Shown piece by piece: positions 37,416 through 45,483 of a stretch of 57,293 bases of DNA. The position numbers were made by a program, and so were the translations under genes. Under the pieces are notes generated by a model. That model was given only the letters and a program-made list of their open reading frames with translations. It ran no database searches and was not told where the DNA came from. Every line of letters begins with the position of its first letter. Within the stretch, counting starts at the first letter, position 1. The stretch lies in assembly GCA_021798735.1 (NCBI GenBank), contig JAJZCA010000001.1, forward strand, positions 1 to 57,293. The letters run 5' to 3'. Origin of the DNA: Acidobacteriota bacterium. GTDB lineage: Bacteria; Acidobacteriota; Terriglobia; Terriglobales; Acidobacteriaceae.

Positions 37416-38389
37416 GATGGACGTTGGCTGTCGCAAGCCTGGCGGCGTTCTTAACCGTGCCTAGCGCCATGAATTTGTTCCCTCCCACCCTGGCCGCAAA
37501 AAGCGCGGCGAGGATGGGGCACCCGCAAGGTCCACCAGCTTCTGTGCGGGTTCGAGTGAGCCTGGTGAATGTCCCGGTGAGTGTGGTGGATCGGCAAGGG
37601 CAACCGGTGAACGGGCTGCATCGCGACGATTTTTCGTTGACCGAAGACGGCCATCCGGAAACGATCAGGGTATTTCAGGCGACGGCCATTCACCCGCTTT
37701 CGATGGTGCTGGCAATCGATACCAGTGTGAGTGTTCGTAAGGATCTGCCGTTTGCCAAGCAAGCTGCTGCCGATTTGGCTGCGTCTTTATTGGGCCGCGA
37801 TGATCGCGTAGAACTACTGGGATTTGCCGGCGAGGTGACGCAGGTGGTTCCGTTCGCGGGCAATCTTCACGAGCTTGATCATGGGCTGCGCACGCTGCAC
37901 GGAGACGGACCGACGGCACTTTACGCTGCGATTGCGCAGGCCGCGAACGATCTCGCATCCCACTCGGGCCGGAAAGTGATTGTGGTGATCAGCGACGGGT
38001 CGAACAGTGTTGCTGGGGTGGATTATGACCAGGCGCGAACCGCGGCGTTGCGGGCGCAGGCCAGTATTGAAAGCATTATTTTGGTTCCCATCGGGGCGAA
38101 TGCCGGTCGCGATCTTGGCGGGGAACATGCGCTGATCCAACTATCTCGCGATACGGGCGGCGAATATTTCTATGCTGACGGTGCCGATCCGTTGCAGGAT
38201 GCGATGACGCGGCTTTCGCTGGGGCTTCGATCCGAGTATCTGCTGGGCTACTATCCCACGCAGGGGAATGCGTCGGGCCCGGAGGCCGGAGGCTTTCGCA
38301 GGATTCAACTGCGCCTCACCCATCCAGCATTGAGCCACGCCTATCGATTGCAATATCGCACAGGCTATTACGTCGAGGGCACGCACTAG
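37412..38389 (+). CDS. VWA-domain protein of the acidobacterial VWFA-related type
   Basis: Signal-like N-terminus. 'VRVSLVNVPVSVVDRQGQPVNGLHRDDFSLTEDGHPETI' is typical of the family start. The VWA core is 'LAIDTSVSV...' and 'TALYAAI', '...VIVVISDGSNS'. The GTG start overlaps the moaDE stop (GTGA). Confidence 0.8.
   Translation: MRWTLAVASLAAFLTVPSAMNLFPPTLAAKSAARMGHPQGPPASVRVRVSLVNVPVSVVDRQGQPVNGLHRDDFSLTEDGHPETIRVFQATAIHPLSMVLAIDTSVSVRKDLPFAKQAAADLAASLLGRDDRVELLGFAGEVTQVVPFAGNLHELDHGLRTLHGDGPTALYAAIAQAANDLASHSGRKVIVVISDGSNSVAGVDYDQARTAALRAQASIESIILVPIGANAGRDLGGEHALIQLSRDTGGEYFYADGADPLQDAMTRLSLGLRSEYLLGYYPTQGNASGPEAGGFRRIQLRLTHPALSHAYRLQYRTGYYVEGTH
37484..37524. repeat. Diverged family-2-like repeat embedded in the VWA gene 5' region
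   Basis: 'CCCACCCTGGCCGC-AAAAA-GCGGCGAGGATGGGGCACCC' shares the loop and the 'GGGGCACCC' tail with copies at 36598 and 56054. It encodes '...AAKSAARMGHPQ'. Confidence 0.4.
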
Positions 38390-38411
38390 AGAAGCTCCGA
38401 TTCAGTCAATA

Positions 38412-38427
38412 GGTCGCCGCGGCGACC
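38412..38427. repeat. 16-bp palindrome GGTCGCCGCGGCGACC (stand-alone copy)
   Basis: The same palindrome (C/T at position 7) occurs at 14186, 42380, 44639 (15 of 16 positions) and 44738. A further imperfect hairpin, 'GAAGCCCTG...CAGGGCTTC', lies at about 38476..38516. Confidence 0.6.
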
Positions 38428-38532
38428 CCTCAGGGGACCAATCCCTGCGGATTTTCAGCTTTTACGGCACGGCTGAAGCCCTGCCCTGATACAAAGCAGA
38501 CTGAATCAGGGCTTCTTTAAGCGCGATATACT

Positions 38533-38856
38533 TTGGTGGTGAACACTTCGGGCAGCAGTCGGCGCAAGCAGAAATCTCATCATCCGCAAACCGAAACCGG
38601 GCAGGAAGCCATGTATCTCCGCATCCTGAGTGAGCGACAGACGCCGGTGGTTGTGCAGTTGCGGGATGGTGAAGCGCTGCAAGGGTGGATCGAGTATTTC
38701 GACGATCGCATGATTCGCCTGACGCGCGAAGGTAAGCCAAATCTTTTTATCTACAAGCATCAGATATTGACCATTACGGAAAAATCTCGAAGTCGTGCGC
38801 CGCGAAATGGCAAACAGTTTGAGGCGGAGGGTTCGAGTGAGGATTCCCCGGCATGA
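38533..38856 (+). CDS. hfq: Hfq-like Sm-fold RNA chaperone
   Basis: 'QEAMYLRILSERQTPVVVQLRDGEALQGWIEYFDDRMIRLTREGKPNLFIYKHQILTI' aligns with the Hfq Sm1/Sm2 motifs (..V.L.NG..L.G.I..FD.....L......L.YKHAIS). It has a basic N-terminal and an acidic C-terminal tail. The start (TTG 38533 or GTG 38536/38539) is uncertain. Confidence 0.6.
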   Translation: MVVNTSGSSRRKQKSHHPQTETGQEAMYLRILSERQTPVVVQLRDGEALQGWIEYFDDRMIRLTREGKPNLFIYKHQILTITEKSRSRAPRNGKQFEAEGSSEDSPA

Positions 38857-39746
38857 GCGGACCTAATCTCCTCCATGCCGGACCCGCTTCGGAAATGGCG
38901 CGCGCCGCTGGCGTCCTGCTGCGACGTCACTACGAACACGGAGTGGCCACAGAGTATAAAGGCGAAGTCGACCTGGTGACGATTGCCGACCGTGAGAGCG
39001 AAAAGCTGCTGGTGGAGCGGCTGCGGGCGCAATGGCCGGACCATGGCATTGTCGGCGAAGAGGGTACGCGGACGCAGATGGAATGTGAGTATCGCTGGTA
39101 CATCGATCCACTGGATGGAACGACGAACTTTGCCCACGGATTTCCGTCTTTCTGCGTCTCGATGGGGCTGGAACATCGTGCGCCTGGAACCGCGATGGAC
39201 GCGGATGGCGAGCTGGTCGCGGCGGTGATCTACGATCCACTGCGGGATGAAATGTTTCTGGCGGAAAAAGGCCGAGGGGCGTCACTGAACGGAAAACCCA
39301 TTCATGTTTCTGCGACAGAAACGCTGGCCGAATCGTTGATTGCTACGGGATTTCCCAGCCGCAAACGCCACGGCAATCCGAATGTGCATTTTTATCACGA
39401 GTTCACGTTGCGGTCGCATGGGGTGCGCCGGGCAGGTTCCGCGGCGCTCGACCTGGCCTATACGGCGTGCGGCCGCCTGGACGGCTATTGGGAGTTCAAG
39501 CTGAATTCCTGGGACACGGCGGCGGGTGTGTTGCTGGTGCGGGAAGCCGGTGGCATGGTCACGTACGTCGACGGCAGCCCGTTTCATCTTGTCAGCGCGG
39601 AAGTGCTGGCCAGCAATGGAAAGATTCATGGCGCGATGATTCATCTGTTTCAGGACATGCTTGCGGGGCGCAACCTGGAGCCGATTCAGTCTGCGCGGGA
39701 GTTTGCCGCAGAGCGTGCCGAGCGTCTTGCAGCCGCGGCAAAATGA
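38853..39746 (+). CDS. suhB: Inositol monophosphatase family protein (SuhB-like)
   Basis: 'VTIADRESE', 'GEEG', 'WYIDPLDGTTNFAHGFP' and 'WDTAAGVLLVREAGG' are IMPase signature motifs. The ATG overlaps the hfq-like stop (ATGA 38853..38856). Confidence 0.85.
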   Translation: MSGPNLLHAGPASEMARAAGVLLRRHYEHGVATEYKGEVDLVTIADRESEKLLVERLRAQWPDHGIVGEEGTRTQMECEYRWYIDPLDGTTNFAHGFPSFCVSMGLEHRAPGTAMDADGELVAAVIYDPLRDEMFLAEKGRGASLNGKPIHVSATETLAESLIATGFPSRKRHGNPNVHFYHEFTLRSHGVRRAGSAALDLAYTACGRLDGYWEFKLNSWDTAAGVLLVREAGGMVTYVDGSPFHLVSAEVLASNGKIHGAMIHLFQDMLAGRNLEPIQSAREFAAERAERLAAAAK

Positions 39747-39895
39747 TAGGGAAATGTCGGGTACGGGAAATGTTTTGGTAGTGTCCTAAATCTGCGTTGA
39801 TCGGTATGTAACTTTCGATTGCTCAAACCACGACGATAGCGCCTGGACTTCCGGCGAACCCTTGCGAGACCTTGAGGAGGGTCTTTAGGAACGCA

Positions 39896-40060
39896 TCAGA
39901 TGTTGAGTCTAAGGAGTTTTGCATTCATCCTGGCGTCAGCGATACGGCGCGCGTGCTCCCTGTCGTGCGCTGCTCTCCATCGCTTTCTCGACAGAATCAG
40001 CGGGAAGAAACTGAGGATAATGGCTACAAAAATGCCTATAAAAAGGGCGGTCGCTTCCAT
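39896..40060 (-). CDS. Candidate 54-aa single-pass membrane protein (not in the supplied ORF track)
   Basis: Manual translation gives 'MEATALFIGIFVAIILSFFPLILSRKRWRAAHDREHARRIADARMNAKLLRLNI*'. An AGGAGA SD lies 5 nt upstream of the ATG. It has a hydrophobic N-terminal helix and then a basic tail. Confidence 0.4.
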   Translation of the reverse strand: MEATALFIGIFVAIILSFFPLILSRKRWRAAHDREHARRIADARMNAKLLRLNI

Positions 40061-40244
40061 GTCAGTCTCCTACGAACAATTTACACCGTCCAGGCTCGGA
40101 CGGGAGATCCCGGCGCTGTTCAGCCCAAAAATACAATCAACGCAGATTTAAGACACTGCAAATTTTTACGATGGACAACCTTGCACCGGCTGTGCTGGTA
40201 CAATCGAGTTGACTTGCTAGTTCCAGTTAGGAGAGTTTTGACCC

Positions 40245-40505
40245 ATGGCTTACGTGATTGCAGAACCCTGCATCGGCACGAAGGATACCGCCTGCGTCGA
40301 TGCCTGCCCGGTGGATTGTATTCATCCCAAGAAGGATGAAGAAGGTTATGAGGGGTCCAATCAGCTCTTCATCGATCCAGTGGAATGTATCGATTGTGGC
40401 GCGTGCGTGCCGGTTTGCCCGGTGTCGGCCATTTTTACCGCCGACGATTTGCCGGAAAAATGGAAATCGTACGAGCAGACCAACGCCCAGCATTTCGGCC
40501 GCTAG
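40245..40505 (+). CDS. 7Fe-type ferredoxin ([3Fe-4S] + [4Fe-4S])
   Basis: 'MAYVIAEPCIGTKDTACVDACPVDCIH' and 'CIDCGACVPVCPVSAI' cysteine patterns. Confidence 0.9.
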   Translation: MAYVIAEPCIGTKDTACVDACPVDCIHPKKDEEGYEGSNQLFIDPVECIDCGACVPVCPVSAIFTADDLPEKWKSYEQTNAQHFGR

Positions 40506-40525
40506 ATCTGTTTTTCGTTTCGGAA

Positions 40526-40556
40526 AAACGCGCAGCTCCAGGGCTGCGCGTTTCTC
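40526..40556 (+). terminator. Rho-independent terminator after the ferredoxin gene
   Basis: 'AAACGCGCAGC-TCCAGGG-CTGCGCGTTT' followed by 'CTC'. The A-tract/T-tract flanks suggest bidirectional function. Confidence 0.65.
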
Positions 40557-40614
40557 ATTGGCCGCCGTTTGCCGGGCGGATTCTGAGCTGTTGTATTGAA
40601 CTCTCTTCCACGCC

Positions 40615-41358
40615 ATGACGCTGCATCAATCTGAGGCGATCGTACTGCGCACCTGGCCGCTGCATGAGTCGGACTTGCTGGTTTCATTGCTGACGCGCGA
40701 TCTGGGTAAGGTGCGCGGCGTGGCCAAGGCCGGGTTGAAATCCAGAAAGCGATTTGGCGGAGCGCTGGAGCCGATGACCTACGTGCATGCGGCGTATGCC
40801 GAACGGCCTCGACAGGAGCTGGTGCGAATGGATCATTTTGAAGCGATCGCATCGCCGCTGGCCCTGCCGATCGACTATTTGCGCGCGGCAACGCTGGGCT
40901 ATTATGCAGAGGTTTTGGAGAACGTGTTGCCAGATCACGATCCTCAGGATGCAATTTTTCGTCTGACACTGGCGGTGCTGGAGCAGAGCCAGGTGGATCG
41001 CTGCTGGATGCCGGTGACGTATTTTTCACTTTGGATCACACGGCTGATCGGCTGGCTGCCGGAGACGGACCGATGCACCGAGTGCGGCCAGGCCTTCGCG
41101 GGCGAGGCAGCATATTTTCACGTGTTGGCGGATGGTCTGAGTTGCGCGCGCCATAAAAAACCGAACAGCGGCATGCTGGGCCGCGATTCGCTGGCGCTGG
41201 CGCAGCGGATGTTGCGCGATCCGATTCGCGCGATGAGCGCAGAACCGTGGACGCGGCAGTCCGGGAGGGACCTGCGGCGTTTTCTGGTACGGACACTCGA
41301 ACGGCACACAGAGCGGCATTTGAACTCCGCAGAAGTGTTCAGTCGCATGGGTGGCTAA
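40615..41358 (+). CDS. recO: DNA repair protein RecO
   Basis: The N-terminal OB-fold 'EAIVLRTWPLHESDLLVSLLTRDLGKVRGVAKAG' and the zinc site 'CTECG...CARH' match RecO. Confidence 0.9.
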   Translation: MTLHQSEAIVLRTWPLHESDLLVSLLTRDLGKVRGVAKAGLKSRKRFGGALEPMTYVHAAYAERPRQELVRMDHFEAIASPLALPIDYLRAATLGYYAEVLENVLPDHDPQDAIFRLTLAVLEQSQVDRCWMPVTYFSLWITRLIGWLPETDRCTECGQAFAGEAAYFHVLADGLSCARHKKPNSGMLGRDSLALAQRMLRDPIRAMSAEPWTRQSGRDLRRFLVRTLERHTERHLNSAEVFSRMGG

Positions 41359-41426
41359 TCCTATTTCACGGGTCGGACCCGGGCGGTACATTCGATACAA
41401 TCAGCATCAACGTGTTTGCATTTTGA

Positions 41427-42404
41427 ATGGAGTTTCCTTACTTGGCATCCAACAGTTCAGTCGAACGAAAAGGTCCGCTTACATTTCAGGAGCTGCTGTT
41501 TCAGTTACAACAATTTTGGGCCAGCCATGGCTGTATTTTGCAGCAGGCGTATGACGTGGAAGTGGGCGCAGGCACCATGTCGCCGGAGACATTTCTGCGC
41601 GTGTTGGGGCCGAAGCCGTTTCGCGTGGCGTACGCGCAGCCGTCGCGTCGGCCGGCAGATGGGCGCTATGGGCAAAATCCGAACCGGCTGTTCAAGCACA
41701 CCCAGCTGCAGGTGATTTTGAAGCCGCCGCCGGAAAACATTCAGGGACTGTATTTGGAATCGCTGCTGGCGATTGGGATCGATCTGCGGCAGCACGACGT
41801 GAAATTCGAAGAGGACAATTGGGAGTCGCCGACGCTGGGGGCGTGGGGCATTGGCTGGCAGGTAATGCTGGATGGGCTGGAGATTACGCAGTTCACGTAT
41901 TTTCAGCAGTGCGGCGGCATCGACCTCGATCCTATTGCGGGCGAGATTACGTATGGGCTGGAGCGCATTGCCGCATTTCTGCAGGATGTCGATTCCATCT
42001 ACGACATTGTGTGGGCGCGCGAGCCGGACACCGGCAAGGAAGTTACATATGGGGAAGTACGGCTCGCGGAAGAGATGCAATTCTCCGTCTACAATTTTGA
42101 GAAGGCGGATGTAGGAAAGCTGTGGCAGCACTTCCGGTTGTATGAAGAAGAATGTCAGGAATTGCTGGCGGGCGCGCGGGCGCTACCGGAAGAAGCGGGC
42201 ACCGAGGCGCGCAGTCGCTTGCCGCTACTGGCCGCGTTCGATTTGTGTCTGAAATGTTCGCACCTGTTTAATTTGCTGGACGCGCGCGGGGCGATTTCCG
42301 TGACGGAACGAGTGGGTGTGATCGCAAGAATTCGTGCGCTTGCTGTGGCCGTGGCCAAGGCGTACGCAGCCCAACAAATGGTCGCCGCGGCGACCCGCGC
42401 ATAA
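41427..42404 (+). CDS. glyQ: Glycine--tRNA ligase alpha subunit
   Basis: '[31 protein letters not shown]', '[17 protein letters not shown]' and 'GLERIA' are nearly invariant GlyQ blocks. Confidence 0.95.
   Translation: MEFPYLASNSSVERKGPLTFQELLFQLQQFWASHGCILQQAYDVEVGAGTMSPETFLRVLGPKPFRVAYAQPSRRPADGRYGQNPNRLFKHTQLQVILKPPPENIQGLYLESLLAIGIDLRQHDVKFEEDNWESPTLGAWGIGWQVMLDGLEITQFTYFQQCGGIDLDPIAGEITYGLERIAAFLQDVDSIYDIVWAREPDTGKEVTYGEVRLAEEMQFSVYNFEKADVGKLWQHFRLYEEECQELLAGARALPEEAGTEARSRLPLLAAFDLCLKCSHLFNLLDARGAISVTERVGVIARIRALAVAVAKAYAAQQMVAAATRA
42380..42395. repeat. 16-bp palindrome GGTCGCCGCGGCGACC inside the glyQ 3' end
   Basis: It encodes part of the non-conserved C-terminal tail '...[10 protein letters not shown]'. 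Confidence 0.6.
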
Positions 42405-42439
42405 AACTATTCGAGATGAAAGCTCAGGAAACGAGTCGA

Positions 42440-44629
42440 ATGCCCGCATTTCTGCTTGAAATTGGATCGGAAGAAATTCCCGCCGGGATGATTGCTGCCG
42501 CGCAGACAGAGTTGGCGCAACGCGTCGAGAAGCTGCTGACACGCGAGTGGCTGGCGACGGAGGCGCTGCAGGTGACAAGCTACAGCACTCCGCGACGGCT
42601 TGCGGTGCTGGTGGAAGACCTGCTGCCTGGGCAGCCGGATATGCAGGAAGAAATTGTGGGGCCAGCCACGAAGGTTGCATACAAAGATGGCGTGCCTACG
42701 CCGGCGGCGATTGCATTCGCAAAAAAATCTGGCGTGGAAGTTTCCGCGTTAAAGACGATCCAGAATGCCAAGGGGGAGTATGTTTCGGCGACTGTACATC
42801 GGCGTGGACGCGCAGCAGCCGAAGTGCTGAAGGACGGCCTGGCGGCAGAGATTGCTGGAATCTATTGGCCGAAGAGCATGTACTGGCGCGCGGGCAAACC
42901 GGAGCGATTTGTGCGTCCAGTGCGCTGGTTGGTGGCGCTGCTGGATCAGGAAATACTGCCGCTGGAGTTTGCCGGTGTCACTGCCGGTCGAGCGAGCTGT
43001 GGCCATCGCGTGCTGCACGGGGATGTGCCGGTGGTGGTGAAGACGCCGCAGGAATATGCGCAGACGCTGGCGGCGGCGTATGTCGAGGTTGACCCGGCAG
43101 CGCGGCGGGAGCGCATTCGCAAAGCGCTGGACAAAGCGACGCGACAGATTGCGGGTGCGCGCTGGCGCGAGGATGAAGCGCTGGTCGAGATCGTCACCAA
43201 CCTGACCGAGTGGCCGAGCGTGATTCTGGGCAGCTTCGAGCGGGAGTATCTGACGCTGCCCGATGAAATTTTGGTGACGGTGATGCGCGGTCATCAGAAA
43301 TATTTTGCTTTGGAAGATAGCGAGAAGAAACTGCTGCCGAATTTTCTGGCGGTACTGAATTTGGAGGTTGATGAGGCGGGAGCCGCGGTGATTCGCCATG
43401 GCAACGAGCGAGTGCTGCGGGCGCGATTCAACGATGCACGTTTCTTCTGGGACGTGGACCAGAAGATTCCGCTGGTCGATCGGGTGGAGATGCTGAAGAG
43501 CGTCACCTTCCAGAAAGACCTGGGAAGCTACTGGGACAAGACCGAAAGAAACCGCGCAGTAGCGAGACAGATCATCGACCGGTTCGATCCACCACTGTTT
43601 GATTCTGAGGTGAAGTTCAACACATTTTGCGCCGGAGTCGATCAGGCGGCGTTGCTGGCGAAAGCGGATCTGACCACCGAGATGGTGAAGGAATTTACCG
43701 AGCTGCAAGGAGTGGTCGGAGGATTATATGCGCGGGCGCAGCGGCTGCCGGACGGCGTTGCGCGCGCCATTCACGATCACTACAAGCCCGCATCGCAGGA
43801 GGACACGATCCCAAGCCTTCCCGCGGGATCGGTCGTGGCGCTTGCAGACAAGATCAGCACCATTGTCGACATGTTTGCCATTGGATTGCAGCCGACGGGA
43901 TCGAAAGATCCATTTGCGCTACGCCGCGCGGGCAATGGAGTGGTTCGCATATTAGTGGAAGACGACAAGCTCAACGACGGACTGCATCTCGCTAATGTTT
44001 ATTTAGCCGCCATGCAGAACACAAAGGCGATGGAGGATGCGGACTTACGAGGGGCGATCTATGAATTTCTGCTGGATCGCTTTGAGTTTTATCTTCGCGA
44101 GGCCGCGAAGGTGAATCCGCAGGTGGCGCGAGCGGTGCGCAAAGCTGGGACGACCGGCAGTGATTACGAAGTGGATGGGCGCCTGATTGCGTACGGGAAG
44201 ATTGCCGGATTTGCGAAAGCGCTGGATGCACAGGTGGGTTCGCCGAATGTGCTGGCGGTGGCGGAGCTGCTGAAGCGGGCCTCGAATATACTGCGGCAGG
44301 CAAAAGAAAAAGAAATTACATACGCTCAGTCACCTAACGAGAAGTATTTTCAAGAAGACGCAGAGATTTCGCTGTTAGAGAAGGTTTATAAAGTAGACGA
44401 TGGAATCCACATGATGTACGCAGATCGGAAGTATTCCCAGGTTATCGATATGATCGCAGAACTTAAAGAGCCTTTGAATCAGTTTTTCGATTCCGTGATG
44501 GTGATGGTGGAGGACACCCAGCTACGCGACAATCGGTTGGCGTTGCTGGCTCGCACCGTATCCGTCGTTCGCTGGGCTGCGGACTTTTCTGAACTAGCCT
44601 CCATCGAAAAATCTGTCGAGTCATTCTGA
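42440..44629 (+). CDS. glyS: Glycine--tRNA ligase beta subunit
   Basis: 'MPAFLLEIGSEEIPA' canonical N-terminus, 'TPRRLAV' and 'RWREDE'. An alternative upstream ATG is at 42416. The stop codon TGA 44627..44629 lies inside the repeat arm 'GAGTCATTCTGAAC'. Confidence 0.95.
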   Translation: MPAFLLEIGSEEIPAGMIAAAQTELAQRVEKLLTREWLATEALQVTSYSTPRRLAVLVEDLLPGQPDMQEEIVGPATKVAYKDGVPTPAAIAFAKKSGVEVSALKTIQNAKGEYVSATVHRRGRAAAEVLKDGLAAEIAGIYWPKSMYWRAGKPERFVRPVRWLVALLDQEILPLEFAGVTAGRASCGHRVLHGDVPVVVKTPQEYAQTLAAAYVEVDPAARRERIRKALDKATRQIAGARWREDEALVEIVTNLTEWPSVILGSFEREYLTLPDEILVTVMRGHQKYFALEDSEKKLLPNFLAVLNLEVDEAGAAVIRHGNERVLRARFNDARFFWDVDQKIPLVDRVEMLKSVTFQKDLGSYWDKTERNRAVARQIIDRFDPPLFDSEVKFNTFCAGVDQAALLAKADLTTEMVKEFTELQGVVGGLYARAQRLPDGVARAIHDHYKPASQEDTIPSLPAGSVVALADKISTIVDMFAIGLQPTGSKDPFALRRAGNGVVRILVEDDKLNDGLHLANVYLAAMQNTKAMEDADLRGAIYEFLLDRFEFYLREAAKVNPQVARAVRKAGTTGSDYEVDGRLIAYGKIAGFAKALDAQVGSPNVLAVAELLKRASNILRQAKEKEITYAQSPNEKYFQEDAEISLLEKVYKVDDGIHMMYADRKYSQVIDMIAELKEPLNQFFDSVMVMVEDTQLRDNRLALLARTVSVVRWAADFSELASIEKSVESF

Positions 44630-44772
44630 ACGGAGGCCGGTCGCCGCGGCGACGCGACCGGAGTGAAGAATCCAGAGGGTGATAGCGGCAATTATGAAGC
44701 AAACACCCTCTGGATTCTTCGCGGAGTTTACCATCGAGGTCGCTGCGGCGACCGAAGCGTTCAGAATGACTC
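44618..44772. repeat. Family-1 palindromic repeat, composite (nested) form
   Basis: Outer arms 'GAGTCATTCTGAAC' / 'GTTCAGAATGACTC'. They enclose two GGTCGCYGCGGCGAC(C) palindromes (44639, 44738) and the 'GTGAAGAATCCAGAGGGTG' / 'CACCCTCTGGATTCTTCGC' inverted pair. This is the sum of the modules seen separately at 14174 and 35878. Confidence 0.85.
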
Positions 44773-44799
44773 CACTGCGGAATATTTCGACGATGCGAT

Positions 44800-45402
44800 C
44801 TAGTTCAGCTTCTGCAGGCGGGCGATCAGCTTTTGTGCCAGGCTTTCTTCGCTCTCAGTCCATAGCAGTCGAGTTTCCACGCCGCAATTCTTTTCCACTT
44901 GCGTTGTAAAGTCGACCAGTTGCTGGATGTTCTTTTTCACGAAAATCTGGTCATCTTCGTGGAGTGGAATGTCGTCGCAGAGAAAAGGCGTGTCCAGACC
45001 AAGGTCGACGCGGATGTGGCCATTCTGCTCGTAGCTGCCGTCGTCGAACTGCGGGCCCAGTCCAGCCACACGTACAATGCGCACCTCTTCTTTCCAGATT
45101 GGATCGAGCAGGCCGTCGCTTTCCGGATACCACAGCTTCCACGGCAGCTCAAACTCATAGGCGCTGTCTTCGTGCAGGACCTCCGTGGCTTCGGCGACGG
45201 CCATTTCCGGCGTCGCGGGCTCCTCGTTTTCCGCAATGTAGACTCGCTGAAATGTGGGCGACTGCTGCCAGTCCAACGGATAGACAGAGGCCGCGGTGAC
45301 CAGCGGGTGCGGAAGCTGCTGCATCACGCTAACGAGTTTTTCCGGCATGGAGCTCAGGCGGAAATTTGGGAACCACAGGCTGTAGTAAAGCGAGTCTGCC
45401 AT
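44800..45402 (-). CDS. Hypothetical protein (200 aa, acidic, no family recognised)
   Basis: ORF 44800..45957 trimmed to ATG 45402 (MADSLYYSLWFPNF...), with a GGAAAG SD-like sequence upstream. The longer N-terminal part is Arg-rich shadow sequence antisense to the lptC-like gene start. Confidence 0.55.
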   Translation of the reverse strand: MADSLYYSLWFPNFRLSSMPEKLVSVMQQLPHPLVTAASVYPLDWQQSPTFQRVYIAENEEPATPEMAVAEATEVLHEDSAYEFELPWKLWYPESDGLLDPIWKEEVRIVRVAGLGPQFDDGSYEQNGHIRVDLGLDTPFLCDDIPLHEDDQIFVKKNIQQLVDFTTQVEKNCGVETRLLWTESEESLAQKLIARLQKLN

Positions 45403-45483
45403 CTTTCCATTGTAGATTTTTTCGCGGAGCAGGTCTCTGACGGCACAACCGGGAAAGCGGTGCGGAAATGAGAAGATGGTGGT

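Noticed and set aside
39872-40339. Plus-strand ORFs 39872..40339 (155 aa) and 39900..40151 (83 aa)
   Set aside because: The longer one runs into and overlaps the ferredoxin gene out of frame. Both are Arg/Cys-rich without motifs. The minus-strand 54-aa ORF with a good SD explains the region better.
42749-43708. A 319-aa minus-strand ORF antisense to glyS. The same pattern occurs at 50028..50762 (antisense to rpoN) and at 53581..54270 and 54544..55608 (antisense to priA).
   Set aside because: The same shadow-ORF reasoning applies. Each overlaps a gene with canonical motifs on the opposite strand.
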